Source: Chiloscyllium plagiosum (Eukaryota). Taken from it: DNA of 64,000 nt. Where the stretch lies: positions 28,757,309-28,821,308 of the forward strand of contig NC_057719.1 of assembly GCF_004010195.1 (NCBI RefSeq). Reading direction: 5' to 3'. The notes below the pieces were generated by a model, which was not told the origin of the DNA, made no database searches, and was given only the letters and a program-made list of their open reading frames with translations. Of the stretch, positions 12,311 to 25,289 are shown piece by piece. The translations under genes were made by a program, and so were the position numbers. The first letter of the stretch is position 1, and every line of letters begins with the position of its first letter.

Positions 12311-14312
12311 CAAAGTTGAAAATCACACAACACCAGGTTATAGTCCAACAGGTTTATTTGAAAGTACAAGCCTTCGGAGCACTGCTCCTTCATCAGGTAA
12401 TTAATGGGGCAAAATCATAGGACAGAGAATTTATAGTAAAAGATCCAAGTGTCATACAACTGATGAGATGTATTGAACAAACCTAGGTTGACGTGAATTT
12501 TTAATTACTTACAGTGGGCATGCAGGTTTTGATAAATTCTGGATTTACATATTAATTATTTTCAAGTCACAGCTCTGAGGTAACTTAAGGTTTTATCAGT
12601 ATGAGAAAAGGTGATATCTCAGCTCAGACACAATGCATTAAAGGTGTGAGGTTAGAGTCTGTCTGTATCCCAACCTTGAGTGAGACAGGCTGTATTTCAA
12701 AAGTAGGAATTTATAAAACGTCAGATGGACTGACTGCCTACAGTTTGTTTGCTTATTGACCAAAATAGAATGTATTTGCAAATACAAATTCACCTCATAG
12801 GACTTATATGTGTGTGTGCATGCATGAGTCTGTGTGGAGGAGAGGGAAAGAGAGAGAGAGAGAGAGAGACGGGGGGGGGGGGGAATGGGGCAGAGAGTGA
12901 AGTGGGGGGGAGAGAGAGAGGGAGCACACGAGAGCGAGAAAGTGCGAGAGAGAGTAGTGTATAGTATAGTGAGGTCACCTGCAGTACGACATGAACTCAA
13001 GATCCTTATTGAGGCCATTCTAATGGGTATCAAACTTGACTATCAACTTCTGCTCTGCGTTGTTACGTGTCCTGAAGTCTACCTTGGAGGACAGTCACCC
13101 AAAGATCTGAGGCCGAATGTCCTTGACTGTTGAAGTGTTCCCCACTGGGAGAGAATATCTCTGTCTGGCTATTGTTGTGTAGTGTCCATTCATCTGTTGT
13201 CATTGTGTCTGGTTGGTTTCACCAATATACCATGCCTCAGGGCATCCTGTCGCATATGAGATAGACAATGTTGGCCAAGTCACGAGTACCTGTCTCACAC
13301 ATGGTGAGTGGTGTAATGGCAGTATCAATGTCGACACTCTGACACATCTTGCAGTGGTTGCCATGGCAGGATTGTATGGTGTTGTGGTCAATGTTGTCCT
13401 GAAGGCTGGCCAGTATGCTGCAAACAATGGTCTGTCTAAGATTTGGTGGTTTAAAGACGAGAAGAGGAGGCATAGGGAAGATCTTGGAAGGTGCTCATCC
13501 TCATCGATAATGTTCTTCGTAGCCTACAATGCATGGCGTAGTTTCTCCGCTCCCACAAAGTACTGGACGACAAAGGGTACCCTCACAGTCGTATCCTGTG
13601 CCTATCTCCTGAGGAGGTCATTACAGTTTCTCACTGTGGTATGTTGGAACTGGTGAGTTGAGCATCATATCCCATTCTTAATGAGTGTCCTTTGGCACCT
13701 TCAAGTGTCCGTCGCGTTCCTCCTCATCTGAACAGATCCGGTGTATGCGTAGAGCCTGTCCGTAGGGAATGGCTGTTTTAATATGTTGAAGGTGGAAGCT
13801 AGAGAAGCGCAGTTTCATGAGGTTATCTGTGGGCTAATCGTAGACGGAGGTAATGAGGTGCCCGTCCTTGATGAAGATGCATGTGTCCAAGCATGAGATT
13901 GATTCCAAAGAGTAGTCCATGGTAAGTCTGATGGTTTGATGAAATTTGTTAATGTCACTGTGTAATTGTTTCAGTGCCTCCTTGCCATGGGTCCAGAGGA
14001 AGAAAGTGTCAATGTATTTGGTGTATAGTGTTGGTCCGAGGTCCTGTGCTGCAAAGTAGTGTTGTTCCAATTAGTGCATGAAAATTTTGGCATATTAGGG
14101 TGCAAATTTGGTCCCCACGGCTTTTTCGTGCATTTGGATGAAGAACTGGTTGTCAAAGGTGAAGACGTTGTGGTCAAGGACGAAGTGAATGAGTTGTAGG
14201 ATGGTGCCTGGAGATTGGCAGTTGTTGGTATTGAGTGCTGGGGCTGCTGCAGTGATCCCATTGTCATGGGGGATGCTGGTATAGAGTGCCAAAACGTCTA
14301 TTGTAATGAGGA
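12311..14312 (-). mobile_element. Penelope-like element, Neptune-like (family A): decayed RT + Cys linker + GIY-YIG
   Basis: ORF track: ITIDVLALYTSIPHDNGI (RT3), YIDTFFLWTHG (RT5 decayed), CHGNHCKMCQ linker, NIVYLIC..CPEAWYIGET (GIY-YIG). (GA)n/G tract at 12840-12950; pLTR at 12311-12400. Confidence 0.9.
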
Positions 14313-14479
14313 ATCTTGCAAGAATGTGAGGCAAATAAATAAGTACCACCACAGTCAACGTTTAAGGATGTATTTAAAATGAACGTTAGTTCTAGTATGA
14401 AAGGATTTCTAATTTACATTGACACTAAGTTTATCTGCTCCAAATCGAGAAATACAAGATTTTCAAGATTCTTAAATCC

Positions 14480-14945
14480 GAATGTAGGTTTGCTCGCTAA
14501 GGTTCATTTCCAGACGTTTCATCGCCCTACTAAGTAACATCTTCAGTGGGCCTCAGGCGAAGCAGTGTACATGATTCCTGATTTCTACTTATATGTTTGG
14601 GTTTCTTTAGACTGGTGACGTTATTTCCTGTGGTGATGTAATTTCCTGTTCTTTTTCTCAGGGGGTGGTAACTGGGGTCTAACTCGATGTATTTCTTGAT
14701 AGAGTTCCGGTTGGAATGCCACGCTTCGAGGAATTCTCGTGTGTGTCTCTGTTTAACTCGTCCTAAGGTGAATGCGTTGTCCCAGTCGAAGTGGTGTCCT
14801 TCCTTATCTGTATGTATGGATACTAGTGAGAGAGGGTCATGTTGTTTTGTGGCTAGTTGATGTTCATGTATCCTGGTGGCTAGTTTTTTGCCTGTTTGTG
14901 CAATGTAGTTGACCTCAACCTGAGCTACAAATCTTCTCAAAATTC
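14480..14945 (-). mobile_element. Penelope-like element, Poseidon-like (family B), 3' GIY-YIG end
   Basis: NYIAQTGKKLATRIHEHQLA...REFLEAWHS; hammerhead motif 14510-14549 (minus); inverted tail piece at 14911-14945. Confidence 0.9.
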
Positions 14946-16294
14946 TTAAACATCCTCACCTGGTAGCCCAAATTTATACTGCATTCACACCATAACCAAA
15001 ATCAAGGCGCACTGCAATTTTTCTTAACTGCAACGTTACAGTTGTAGCATCAACATATCCTAAACCAGATTAACATAAGCATTGGGACAGTCAACACTTC
15101 CTGGCCTTCAGTTTTGGGACTGTGAAAGAACTCAAAGATTCCATAAGGTCAATATGAGTGAAGATAGCCCAATAACCTAACAGTTGAATTCTCGTTTGAA
15201 GATAAATTCTAGTCAAGTATTGATAATTATAGGTCAAATCCACAACAAACCAGTTTCAAAACTGAAAGATCTTTTTAAAAAAAAATCTCTTGCATGGTGT
15301 GCTCCCAAAACCGGGCTTCTTCAAAACTAGTTTGTCTGTAGCCTACTAAAGACAAAGCATGGAGAAACTGAAATATTCCACTCTATATTCTACACTGAAT
15401 TCAATAAGCTTTATTGTCAAATGAGTACAGTGAAAAGTTAAATGTCGCCACTTGCAGCGCCATCTTAGCTACAAAGGTACCTAGGTACAGAATAGAGAAA
15501 TGAAAAGAGAAAAAGTTGCATTACAACCATATATAGCATAACCGTAGGTCTGATAAACAAGAAGCAGTTAAAAAGACAATGTAAATACTTCACAATGTAA
15601 TGCACTACCCTTGAAAACCAACCTTTTACAGCCAGTGATAGGAAACGATATAGATGTTGCAACACATAGTCATCCATTTCAATTGCATGTGTAATTTTGT
15701 AGGTGGAAGATTCTACTGTATTTAACTTGGCTTGGTTAACTATTAGGGTTAAATTTTAAGTTCTACTCTTCAAATGGAAACATTCTTCACACTGATGTTA
15801 AAAGACTCTTCTTAATTTTTAACAAACCTACTTACCTGCATGTTTAATTCTTAGAATACATGCAACCATTCTTACTCAGTATTAAGAGATACATATATGC
15901 CTTTATGCCCAAAATGCCCAATGTGAACAGGAGGGATATAAGAATAGAAAAGGGATCAACTATTTGGACCATTAAACCTGCTCCAGCATTCAATACAATT
16001 ATGGGTGACCTGGAATTTCAACTCCATTTTCTCACATGCTCCCCATATCCCTGGGTTAGATTCACCAGGAAATCAAAAATGTGTTTTATCTCTTAAGTTT
16101 AATCAATGATACAGCATCCAAACTCTCTAAAGATTTCCAGAAATCAAAACCATGTGGGAAATCATTTCTCCTCACTGTAGTTCTTAAGAATTAGCCTCTT
16201 ACCCAGAGACTATATCTGTATGTTTGATTCCCTAACAACAGAAATAATCTCTCAGCATCTACCTTTTCAACTCCCTTACATGTTTTAGTCAGAT

Positions 16295-17480
16295 GAAGTG
16301 AGGTGAAAGTGACAGCCCTTGATTTCAAGGTTGCATTCGACTGAGTGTGGCATCAAGGAGCCCTAGCAAAACTGGAATCAATGGGTAGCAGAGAGCAAAC
16401 CCTCCGCTGGTTGGAGTCATACCTGATACATAGGAAGATGGTTGTGATTGTTGGAGGTCAGTCACCTCAGCTCCAAGATATTTCTGCATGAGTTCCTCAG
16501 GGTAGTAACCTAGGTCCAACCATCTAGAGCTGCATCATCAATGACCTCACCTCCAACATAAGATCAGAAAATGGGAATGTTCACCAATGATTGCATAATG
16601 TTCAACACTGCTCACATCTCCTCAGGTAGTGAAGGAGTCTATGTTCAAATGCAACAAGATCTGGATATTATCCAAGCTTGGGCTGACAAGTGGCAAGTAA
16701 CATTCATGCCACACATTTGCCAGGTAATGACAATTACCAATAAGAGACAATCTAACTACTAGTCCTTGACATTCAATGGTGTTTTCATCATCGAGTCCCC
16801 TACCATTAGCATTCTGGGCATTGTCATTTACCAGAAACTCAACTGGATTCACCACATAAACACAGTGGCTGCAAAAGAAAGACAGAGGCTAGGAATACTG
16901 CAGTGAATAACTCCTCTCCTGACCCTCTCCCAAATCCTGTCCACCATCCTACGAGGTACAAGTCAGGAGTGTGATGGAATACACCCCACTTGCCTGGATG
17001 GGTGCAACTCCAGCAGTCCTCAAGAAGCTTGACACCATCCAGGACAAAGCAGCACACTCGATTGGCACTACATCCACAAACATCCACTTTCTCCACCATC
17101 AATGCTCAGTCGCAGCAATGTGTACTATCCACAAGATGTATTGCAGAAATTCACCAAAGGTCCTCAGACAGCACCTTCCAAATCCATGACCACTTCCATC
17201 TAGAGGAACAAGGGTAGCAGGTACACAGGAACACCACCACCTTTGAGTTCCCCTTCAAGCCATTCACCATGCTGACTTGGAAATATATCACTGTTCCTTC
17301 ACTATCTCTGGGTCAAAATCCTGGAATTCCCTCCCTAATGGTGTTGTGGGTCAACCCACAGCAGGTGGACTACAACAGTTCAAGAAGGCAGTTCACCACC
17401 AACTTCTCAAGGGCAACTAGCAATGGACAATAAATGCTGGCCAGTCAGTGACTCTATATTCCACAAACATGAATAAAAAT
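16295..17480 (+). mobile_element. CR1/L2-group LINE, RT to 3' end (distinct family)
   Basis: WHQGALAKLESMG, VPQGS, GMFTNDC, QQDLDIIQAWADKWQVTF, MEYTPLAWMGA..KKLDTIQDKAA; tail ...atgaataaaaa. Confidence 0.88.
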
Positions 17481-17791
17481 TTACTCAACCTCTCATCATA
17501 GGACGACTTCCTCATCCAGGGACCAAGTCAGTGAACATTTGCTATGCCACTGCCAATGCAAGTATATTGTTCCTTAAATATGAAGACCAAAATAGCACAC
17601 AGTATTCCAGATGCAGTCTCAGCAAAGCTGTGTAGCAAGATTTCTTTTTCCTGTACTGAATAAAGTTTTGATCTGTCTACCTATACCTGCCATTGAGGGA
17701 GTGCAACAGAAGATCACTAGACCTATACCGGTGATAGTACAACTGTTCTACGAGGAGAGGTTGGTTTAAATGGGTTGGTATTCACTAAAGT

Positions 17792-18325
17792 CACAAAGTG
17801 TGGCACTGGTAAAGCACAGCAGGTCAGGCAGCATCTGAAGAACAGGAGAGTTGACTTTTTGGTCATAAGCCCTTGATCAGGAATGTGTGTGGGGGGAGGG
17901 GGGGTGGTTTGGGGGCCTAAGGGGACTGAGAGATAAATACGAGGGGAGTGGGTTGTGGGGAAGGTAGCTTGGAAGGCAATAGGTAGATGAAAGTGGGAGG
18001 TGATGGTAATAGGTCAGAGCAGAGGGTGGAGCGGATAGGTGGGAAGCAAGATGGACAGGTAGGGCAGTACCAAGTTGGAGGCTTCGATTTGGGATAAGGT
18101 GAGGGGAGCGAAGATGAGGAAACCGTGAAATCTACATTGAGGCAGTGTGTTTGGAAGGTCCTTAGGTGGGTGATGAGGTATTCTTCATCCAGGCGTAGGG
18201 TGGCTAGTATTTGGTTGTACAGGCAGCCCAGGACTCGCATGCCCTTGGCAGAGTGGGAAGAGGAGTTCAAATGTTCAACCACAGGGTGGTGGGGCTGTTT
18301 GGTGCGTGTGTTCCGGAGATGTTTG
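17792..18325 (-). mobile_element. PLE (Neptune-like, family C) 3' GIY-YIG end
   Basis: EHLNSSSHSAKGMRVLG...RLDEEYLITHLRTFQTHCLN, homologous to 46205-46399; degenerate hammerhead near 17850-17882. Confidence 0.85.
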
Positions 18326-18329
18326 AGTG

Positions 18330-18712
18330 AAGAGGAGTTTGAGCAGTGACCTTAAAAGAGATTTGCAAAATCATGAGGAGCATAGATAAGGAGGATAGCA
18401 AGGGTCTTTTCTCTAGAATGGGGGAGTTCAAAAGTAAGGGGCATATTTTTAAGGTGAAAGGAGAAAGTTTTAAAAAGGACATGAGGCAACTGTTTTTATA
18501 TAGACAGTGGCTCATGCGTGGAATAAACTACCAAAGGAAGTGGTGGATGCAGGTATAGTTATGACACTTAAAAAGCATTTGGATAAGTACGTGAGTAGGA
18601 ACAGTTTGGAGGGATATGGATCATACACAGGCAAGTGGGACTTGTTTAGTTTGGACACATGGTCAGCATGGACAGGTGACCGAAGGGTCTGTTTCCATGC
18701 TGTATGACTCTA
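18330..18712 (+). mobile_element. CR1 3' end
   Basis: KIMRSIDK..GLFSRMGEFKSKGHIFKVKG; tail gaagggtctgtttccatgctgtatgactcta. Confidence 0.9.
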
Positions 18713-19282
18713 TTTACTTAACCTATATATATCTATTTACAGTTTGTATGCTCTCCACAGCTATCTTTCTGCCTAGCTTTGTACCATCAGCAAACTTAGG
18801 TACATTACTCTCTGTTTCTTCAAGCAAGTCATTAATAGCTTGTAAAAAGCCAAGACTCCAGCACTGATTCATGCAGCACTAAATTAGTCACAACCAGCCA
18901 ACTTGAAAATGTCTCTTATATGCTCACTGTCCGTTTCCATCCAATAGTCAAGCCTCTATCCATTTTAATAGATTACCTCCACCTAAATGAGCCCTTCTCT
19001 TGCTGAAGAAACTTTTGTGTGACTCTGTATAAATGTTGTTTGAAAATCCAAGAATACTACATTGCTAAAGGTGGCCCTTTATTTACCCTACTAGTTACAA
19101 TCCCTGTTGTAAAACATTTTTATTTGTAAACAAAAATTGCTTTCATGGAACTTTATTAAAGGCTCTTAAAAGCCCGTAAAGACTGTATTCCCAGCACTAC
19201 CCAGGTCTGTACTTCCTTTCATCCTTAAACAAAATTTCAGGAAAAACTGGCAACGTTTGTTGAGAGAAAGCAGAATTAACAT

Positions 19283-19685
19283 TTCTGGTCAAGTGATGCT
19301 TCTTTAGAACTGATTGTAGCTGGAAACTTGTTGGCATATATACCAAAGAAGGGTGGATGAGGGGAACAATTGGTGGAGATAGAGCCTAGAGCCCAGAGAA
19401 AGAGAGAGAGAGAGAAAAACACAATGGGTAATCCAAGATGGAGGACGGGAAAAATTTCTGGCTGTAAGAGCTGCTCCTTTTTTTGAAGTATTTTTAGGCA
19501 GATAAAGAAATGTATATATACCAACCCATTTCCCAGTTACAATTACTTGTGAATAAGGGTTACTGGATCCAAAACTTTCATTCTGCCTTTTCTCCACAGA
19601 TGCTGTCAAATCTTTGAGTTCTTCCAGCAACTTCTGTTTTGTTTCCGATTTCTAGCATCTACAGTTCTTTGAATTTTTTGTTTGT
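19283..19685 (+). mobile_element. PLE family D terminal remnant
   Basis: ttctccacagatgctgtcaaatctttgagttcttccagcaacttctgttttgtttccgatttctagcatctacagttc matches the family D arm. Confidence 0.6.
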
Positions 19686-20569
19686 AAAACCATGTTGACT
19701 TGTTTTAATTATACTATGTTTGAAGTGCTTATTAAGACTTCCTTGGTATTAATTCCACATTTTCAACATGACTGACTTGTAGTTCCTACTTGTTTTATTC
19801 TCCCTCCTTTCTTGAAAAACATTTGCCAACTTTCAATTTGATGGAACAGTTCCCAAATCTAAGAATTAATTATATAAGGATACAGTCAACATTTATGTTG
19901 GCAAATGTAGCAGTCAATTTGTCCTCAGCAAGATTCTCAAACAGAAATATGATTAAAACAAAGTAATTTTTAATTTATGGTGTAACCTGATGAATAAGTG
20001 ACAGTTAGGGCACCAGGAAAGCTCTTATTTAAATAGTGTCTTAAATGCCCAATAGCCAGTTGGGCCACAGATTTAACATCTCATACAACGAAGGAAATCC
20101 AACAATGCATCCACCTCTGAGTACTAACATATGACCCAAAAGTATGAACCAGGACTGAAAATCTCAAGTTGTTAGCTCAATGGCAAGTATGCTAATCAGT
20201 GAGGCAGACTGGCACTTAAAAGGTATAGATTTCATGTTTCTTCTATCTCTAATTAAAACTTTGATGTGTTTAAAAACAAATCGAAATAAGTACACATAAT
20301 AATTCCCTTTATTACTAATCAATTATGTTTATGTGTGATGGATCAATATTACCAATTGGATAGTGATATTCAGCATTCTGACAATTTCCCAAACATAAAA
20401 CAGATTCTGACCAACCAAAACCTTATTAAAAATTGAAACTGCTGGAAAGACTGAGCAAGTTATCAGTGTCTCACAGAGAAACTAGATAAATTGATATTTT
20501 AGGTAGATGACCATTCAACAGAACATTGCCAGAGAACAGAGAAAATAAATGCCTAACTTCAAAGAAATA

Positions 20570-20785
20570 CATAAATTGCTGGAAAAGCTCAGTAGGTTTA
20601 GCAGCATCTGTGAAATTAAATCAGATTTACCATTGTGGTTCCAGTGCTTCTGTGAAAGGAACAACGGACCCAAAACATTCACGCTGATTACTCTTCACAG
20701 ATGATGCCAGGTGTGCTGAGTTTTCCCAACAATTTCTGTTTTTGCTTCTGATTTAGAGCATCCACTGTTTTTTTGTTTTTTTTAA
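20570..20785. mobile_element. PLE-derived fold-back element (family D)
   Basis: ttgctggaaaagctcagtaggtttagcagcatctgtgaa / ttcacagatgatgccaggtgtgctgagttttcccaacaa. Confidence 0.7.
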
Positions 20786-20979
20786 ACCAGAGAAATACAA
20801 TTCAGTTAGCCTGATTTGGAAAGATGCTGGACTTCTTATAAAAAGAAAAAAATAAAGAAACATGCAGAAAGAGAGAATATGGTAATGAAATCCAGTTTAA
20901 TTAACATTATTTAATCGTTCAAGGATGAAAGGAAGTACAGACCTGTGTAGTGAAGGAATGGAATCTTTATGGGCTTTTA

Positions 20980-21643
20980 AGTTCCTTGAAAGTGGAGTCA
21001 CAGGTAGGTAGGGTAGTGAAGAAGGCGTTTAGTACGCTTTCCTTTATTAGTCAGAGTATTGAGTACAGGAGTTGGGAGGTCATGTTGCGGCTGTACAGGA
21101 CATTGGTTAGGCCACTGTTGGAATATTGCATGCAATTCTGGTCTCCTTCCGATCGGAAAGATATTGTGAAACTTGAAAGGGTTCAGAAAAGATTTACAAG
21201 GATGTTGCCAGAGTTGGAGGATCTGAGCTACAGGGAGAGGCTGAACAGGCTGAGGCTGTTTTCGCTGCAGCGTCATAGAGGTTTACAAAATTATGAGGGG
21301 CATTGATAGGATAAATAGACAAAGTCTTTTCCCTGGGGTCGGGGAGTCCAGAACTAGTGGGCATAGGTTTAGGGTGAGAGGGGAAAGGTATAAAAGAGAC
21401 CTAAGGGGCAACTTTTTCACGCAGAGGGTGGTACATGTATGGAATGAGTTGCCAGAGGATGTGGTGGAGGCTGGTACAATTGCAACATTTAAGAGGCATT
21501 TGAATGGGTATATGAATAGGAAAGGTTTGGAGGGATATGGGCCAGGGGCTGGCAGGTGGGACTAGATTGGGTTGGGATATCTGGTCAGCATGGACGGGTT
21601 GGACCGAAGGGTCTGTTTCCATGCTGTACATCTCTGTGACTAT
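20980..21643 (+). mobile_element. CR1 (HER1-like) 3' fragment
   Basis: SLKVESQVGRVVKKAF...LYRTLVRPLLEYCMQFWSP...LERVQKRFTRMLP; ctctgtgactat tail. Confidence 0.95.
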
Positions 21644-21675
21644 AATAGAGTTCCATGAAAGAAATTTACAACAAA

Positions 21676-21865
21676 CAAATACAGAGAATGCTGGAAAAAC
21701 TCAGCAGAGTTAACATTCTGAGTTTCAGAATTGAAGAGGAGTCATATGTGATTCAAAGCATTATTTCTGTTCCTCTCCTCACAAATACTGTGACACCTGC
21801 TCAGTTTCTGCAGCATTCTCCATGTTTGTTTCAGATTTCTAGCATCTGCAGTATTTTATTTTTAG
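21676..21865. mobile_element. PLE-derived fold-back remnant (family D)
   Basis: agaatgctggaaaaactcagcag / ctgctcagtttctgcagcattct. Confidence 0.6.
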
Positions 21866-22870
21866 ATTCATGACAAAGCAGAGAATAATTTCCAAAACAG
21901 AAACTTGAGCATAAGAGTTAATGAATTTTAGTCAGACTGGAAAGAATGAGAAACTCTGTCCTCCTGCAGGGTTCATTGTTGGGGCTATTACCATTTAGTA
22001 TTACAGAATGTATCAAATTAGTCTGAATCAAGAAATTGGTGTCATGCTATGAAAACTTTCATAGAATCATAGGTGTGTACAAACACAGAGGCCATTCACT
22101 TGCTCTGTCCTCATAAACTGGATAACTACTTAAAGGGAAAAAGACTCTTTACCGTGTGACTACAAAATCCACTTTCACGATCAGGCAATTCAGTTTCATA
22201 ACATTTCACTTTGTAGAGTAACATTTCCTCATGTCACCTCTAAATCTTTTGTCAATCAGCTTAAGATTTGAAACTAGATTTATGATAATAGCTAGTAATG
22301 TTGCAGCCTGACTAAAAACTGTCTTCTAGATTGTGCAAAGAAAGAGTGGTAACTGCAATTCAATGAAGTTTGAGGCAGTTTATTTTGTTAGCTGGAATAT
22401 TTCTTACAGGATGAAAAATGGAGTTCATAGGAACAAAAGAATTTGGGTGCACAGAAGCATAAAGTCACTAAAAGTAGCAATACAAGCTGTTACGGCCATA
22501 AAAGAGTACAAACAACATTCATACAAACAACAGAATATGAAGGCAAGAAAGTAATGTTAAGTTTTAGGTTAAACTGCACTTTAGTTTTAATTGTTTTTAA
22601 ATGCGATGTTGACAATATAGAACTGTGCCTCATGAAGTGGTTGAAGCAGATTGTTAAAGGATGCTTTGATGCATATATTGGTAAAAATGAATAGAAGAAT
22701 GTGGGAGCAGCATGGAAAGACATAATTAGTGAGTGGAGGGCGGCTTGGGTAGGTATAAATACTGGCTTGCACTAGTTAAGTCAAATAGTACATCTTTGTG
22801 CTATAATTCTATCACCGGTCACATAATTATCCCCACAATTGCCAAACAAAAGCAAAACTAAAATGCTTAC

Positions 22871-23023
22871 ATTTTTAATACTTTCTTTCGAATCTCTACC
22901 TCCTTGTCCACTGTAGGATCCTCAAAGAGTTGTACTCTGAAATTGTTTTTTCGTAGTGCTGTGCCACACTCCTGACAGTTTCCAGAACCTCTTATGAACA
23001 GAAGTTCCACACAACTCTCACAT
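22871..23023 (-). CDS. MNAT1: MNAT1 coding exon 2 (rest of C3HC4 RING)
   Basis: Acceptor ttttaacag|A, donor AT|GTAAGC; 153 nt. Encodes [51 protein letters not shown] in frame with exon 1. Confidence 0.98.
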
Positions 23024-23377
23024 CTGTTAAAAACAAAATGTTAATTTATTTTATTTTGTTTTAAAAAACTTATGTCTCCAAATTACTTAAGTTCTGACTA
23101 CCAAATCCACAACAGAAACAAAATAAACAGTACATTATTTTTCTGACAAAATCTATTGTGGATCTCAGGAACACATTATTCTTCACAGGTACACACAGCA
23201 TATAAGAAGGTATCATAGCAATGACAGGGAAAAGGGCACAATTAATCTCTTTGCTCTAACATAAATAAAATGGTAGCATCCCTTATACAAAGAAAAGGAA
23301 GTGCTGGAGAAACTCAGGAGTCTGCAGCGTCTGTGGAGACAGAAACAAAGTTTATGTTTCGCATCCTGTATGATTCT

Positions 23378-23925
23378 AGAATCATAGAGGCATACAGCGT
23401 GGAAACAGACCCTTCAGTCCAACTCATCCTTGCCAACCAATTTTCCCAAACTAAACTAGTCCCACTTGCCTGTGTTTGCCCCCATATCCCTCTAAACCTT
23501 TCCTATCCATGTACTGTCCAAATATCTTTTAAATGTCGTAACTGTACCTGCATCTACCTCTTCCCTCTGGCAGTTCATTCCAAATATGAACAACCTTCTT
23601 GTGTGAAAACATTGCCCCTCAGGTTCCCTTTAAATATTTCTCCTCTTATCTTAAAAATATGCCCCCTACTTTTGAACTCTCGAACCCTAGGGAAAAAACC
23701 TTTGCTATTCACCTTATTTATGTCCCTTGTGGTTTTATACACCTCAATATGGGTATCCTTCAAAATCCGATGCTGCAGGGAGAAAAAGTCCCAGCCTATT
23801 CAGCCTCTCCTTGTAATTCAAACCTTCCAGTCCCAACAACATCCTGGTAAACCTTTTCTGAACCGTCTCCAATTTAATAACCATCCTTCCTATAGTAGGG
23901 GAACCAGAACTGGAAATTGTACTCT
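23378..23925 (-). mobile_element. CR1 3' fragment
   Basis: IKLETVQKRFTRMLLGLEGLNYKERLNRLGLF; GFFPRVREFKSRGHIFKIRG. Confidence 0.92.
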
Positions 23926-25289
23926 TCTTCAGAACTTCCCTTAGTAATACTATTTTTGAATGTTTTCCAAAAGAGTCATTCTTGTTTATGTCACACACCA
24001 CTTTTACCCATGGTTGGCACAAGAAATAACTTGCCCTTGCGTTTCAAGGTCAAAGTAGATCCAGGTATGAATGAAGGTGCTTCAATGATTTAATTTACAT
24101 GAATTCAAATTATTTGAATTAAATATTACCCCCCACATGATTTAGTAAGATTCTTTATATAGCTCTTGCATGTCTGAGTGAGTCCCTGTGGATCTGAGAG
24201 AGTTTGGCAGTTTCTCCAGCATTGGCTAGAAATTATTAGCTGTTTGCATCACAAACTAAATGATAGCAGCTGGCAGAAACAAGTCTTTTTTTTTCGTAAA
24301 GTAAACCAAACTTCATGTTACTAAAACAGTTTAACACATTAGAACTGTAAGATGTATCTCAACAGAATTGAGGTTAAAACCAGATCAGTCATGACCTTAT
24401 TGAATGGTTGAGCAGGCTTGAAGGGCCAAGTGGCCTACTCTTGCTCCTTGTTCATATGAGCAGAACTGAGCAGCAAATAGTACAACACAGACGAAAGGCT
24501 TAGCAACTCATTACAGCTTGAAACCTACTTTACATAACAATCTTCTGCTAATATATAGGAAGAGAATTGAGTTGTTGGATTACCAGGTTGTAATTTCAAC
24601 TTGTTGGCAAGCTACTTGAATGTTTGCAGTTGTTATACCATTACCAGTTTGAGCAGGAGCTGATGGATTGTATCACATACAAACAAGACGAACCTTGTGG
24701 AATCGTAAACAGTTTTTGTTAGGCTGGATTGAAGGAAGATTTATCTCAAGGTACAGGGCACATTATATGGGAAAACTTTTAAAATCTCTCATGTATGGTA
24801 TGCAATATTTTGTTTTACATCACAGTATTGACAGCATGTCAAGGCAGAGACTTTTGCATTCAACTTAATAGCACTTAAACATTACACAAATGATTTAAAC
24901 ATTAAATTATACATATACTCTATCCTTTAATTAGATCTAACTTCAACAAGGACTTCCGCAAACTGAAACTAAACAACTTCCAAACTAGCGGATTTTATTC
25001 TCTGAGCAAAATAGAAGCAATTCCTCATTCTTCCAAACTGAAAGTAAGCTAATGTTTTTCAATGATTTACTCCACCAGTCATAAAACTCTCAAATCCCCA
25101 ATATCACTCCACAGATATTCTCTCAGATTTTTTGTTAAAATTATGGCTCCAGAAATACTGATAAAGCTAATCATTAATCCCCCTCACAGAAACAGACCAA
25201 AACATTCATGTCATTAGTTCAAACGCTAAAACAAATGACATATTAAAAAAAACACACCTTACACCACAGAACAGAGGCACAAAACATTC

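Larger units (their letters stand above)
15933..19870 (-). mobile_element. Old CR1 copy fragmented by later insertions (pieces about 15933-16290, 17480-17680, 18720-19100, 19685-19870)
   Basis: CR1 3' tail reversed at 15933-16010; gtaccatcagcaaactt (KFADGT, FADD motif) near 18781; aaaccatgttgact (SQHGF) near 19687. Confidence 0.6.

Noticed and set aside
12807..12955. (TG)n/(GA)n/poly-G tract with low-complexity ORFs (MEERERERER...)
   Set aside because: Simple repeats within the PLE 3' region; not coding.
15829..15840. Perfect donor CAG|GTAAGT on the MNAT1 strand in intron 2
   Set aside because: No convincing upstream acceptor or open frame; such a site is expected by chance in 11 kb.
23270..23944. 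224-aa plus-strand ORF
   Set aside because: Antisense reading of a CR1 3' fragment plus a PLE remnant; no host-gene features.
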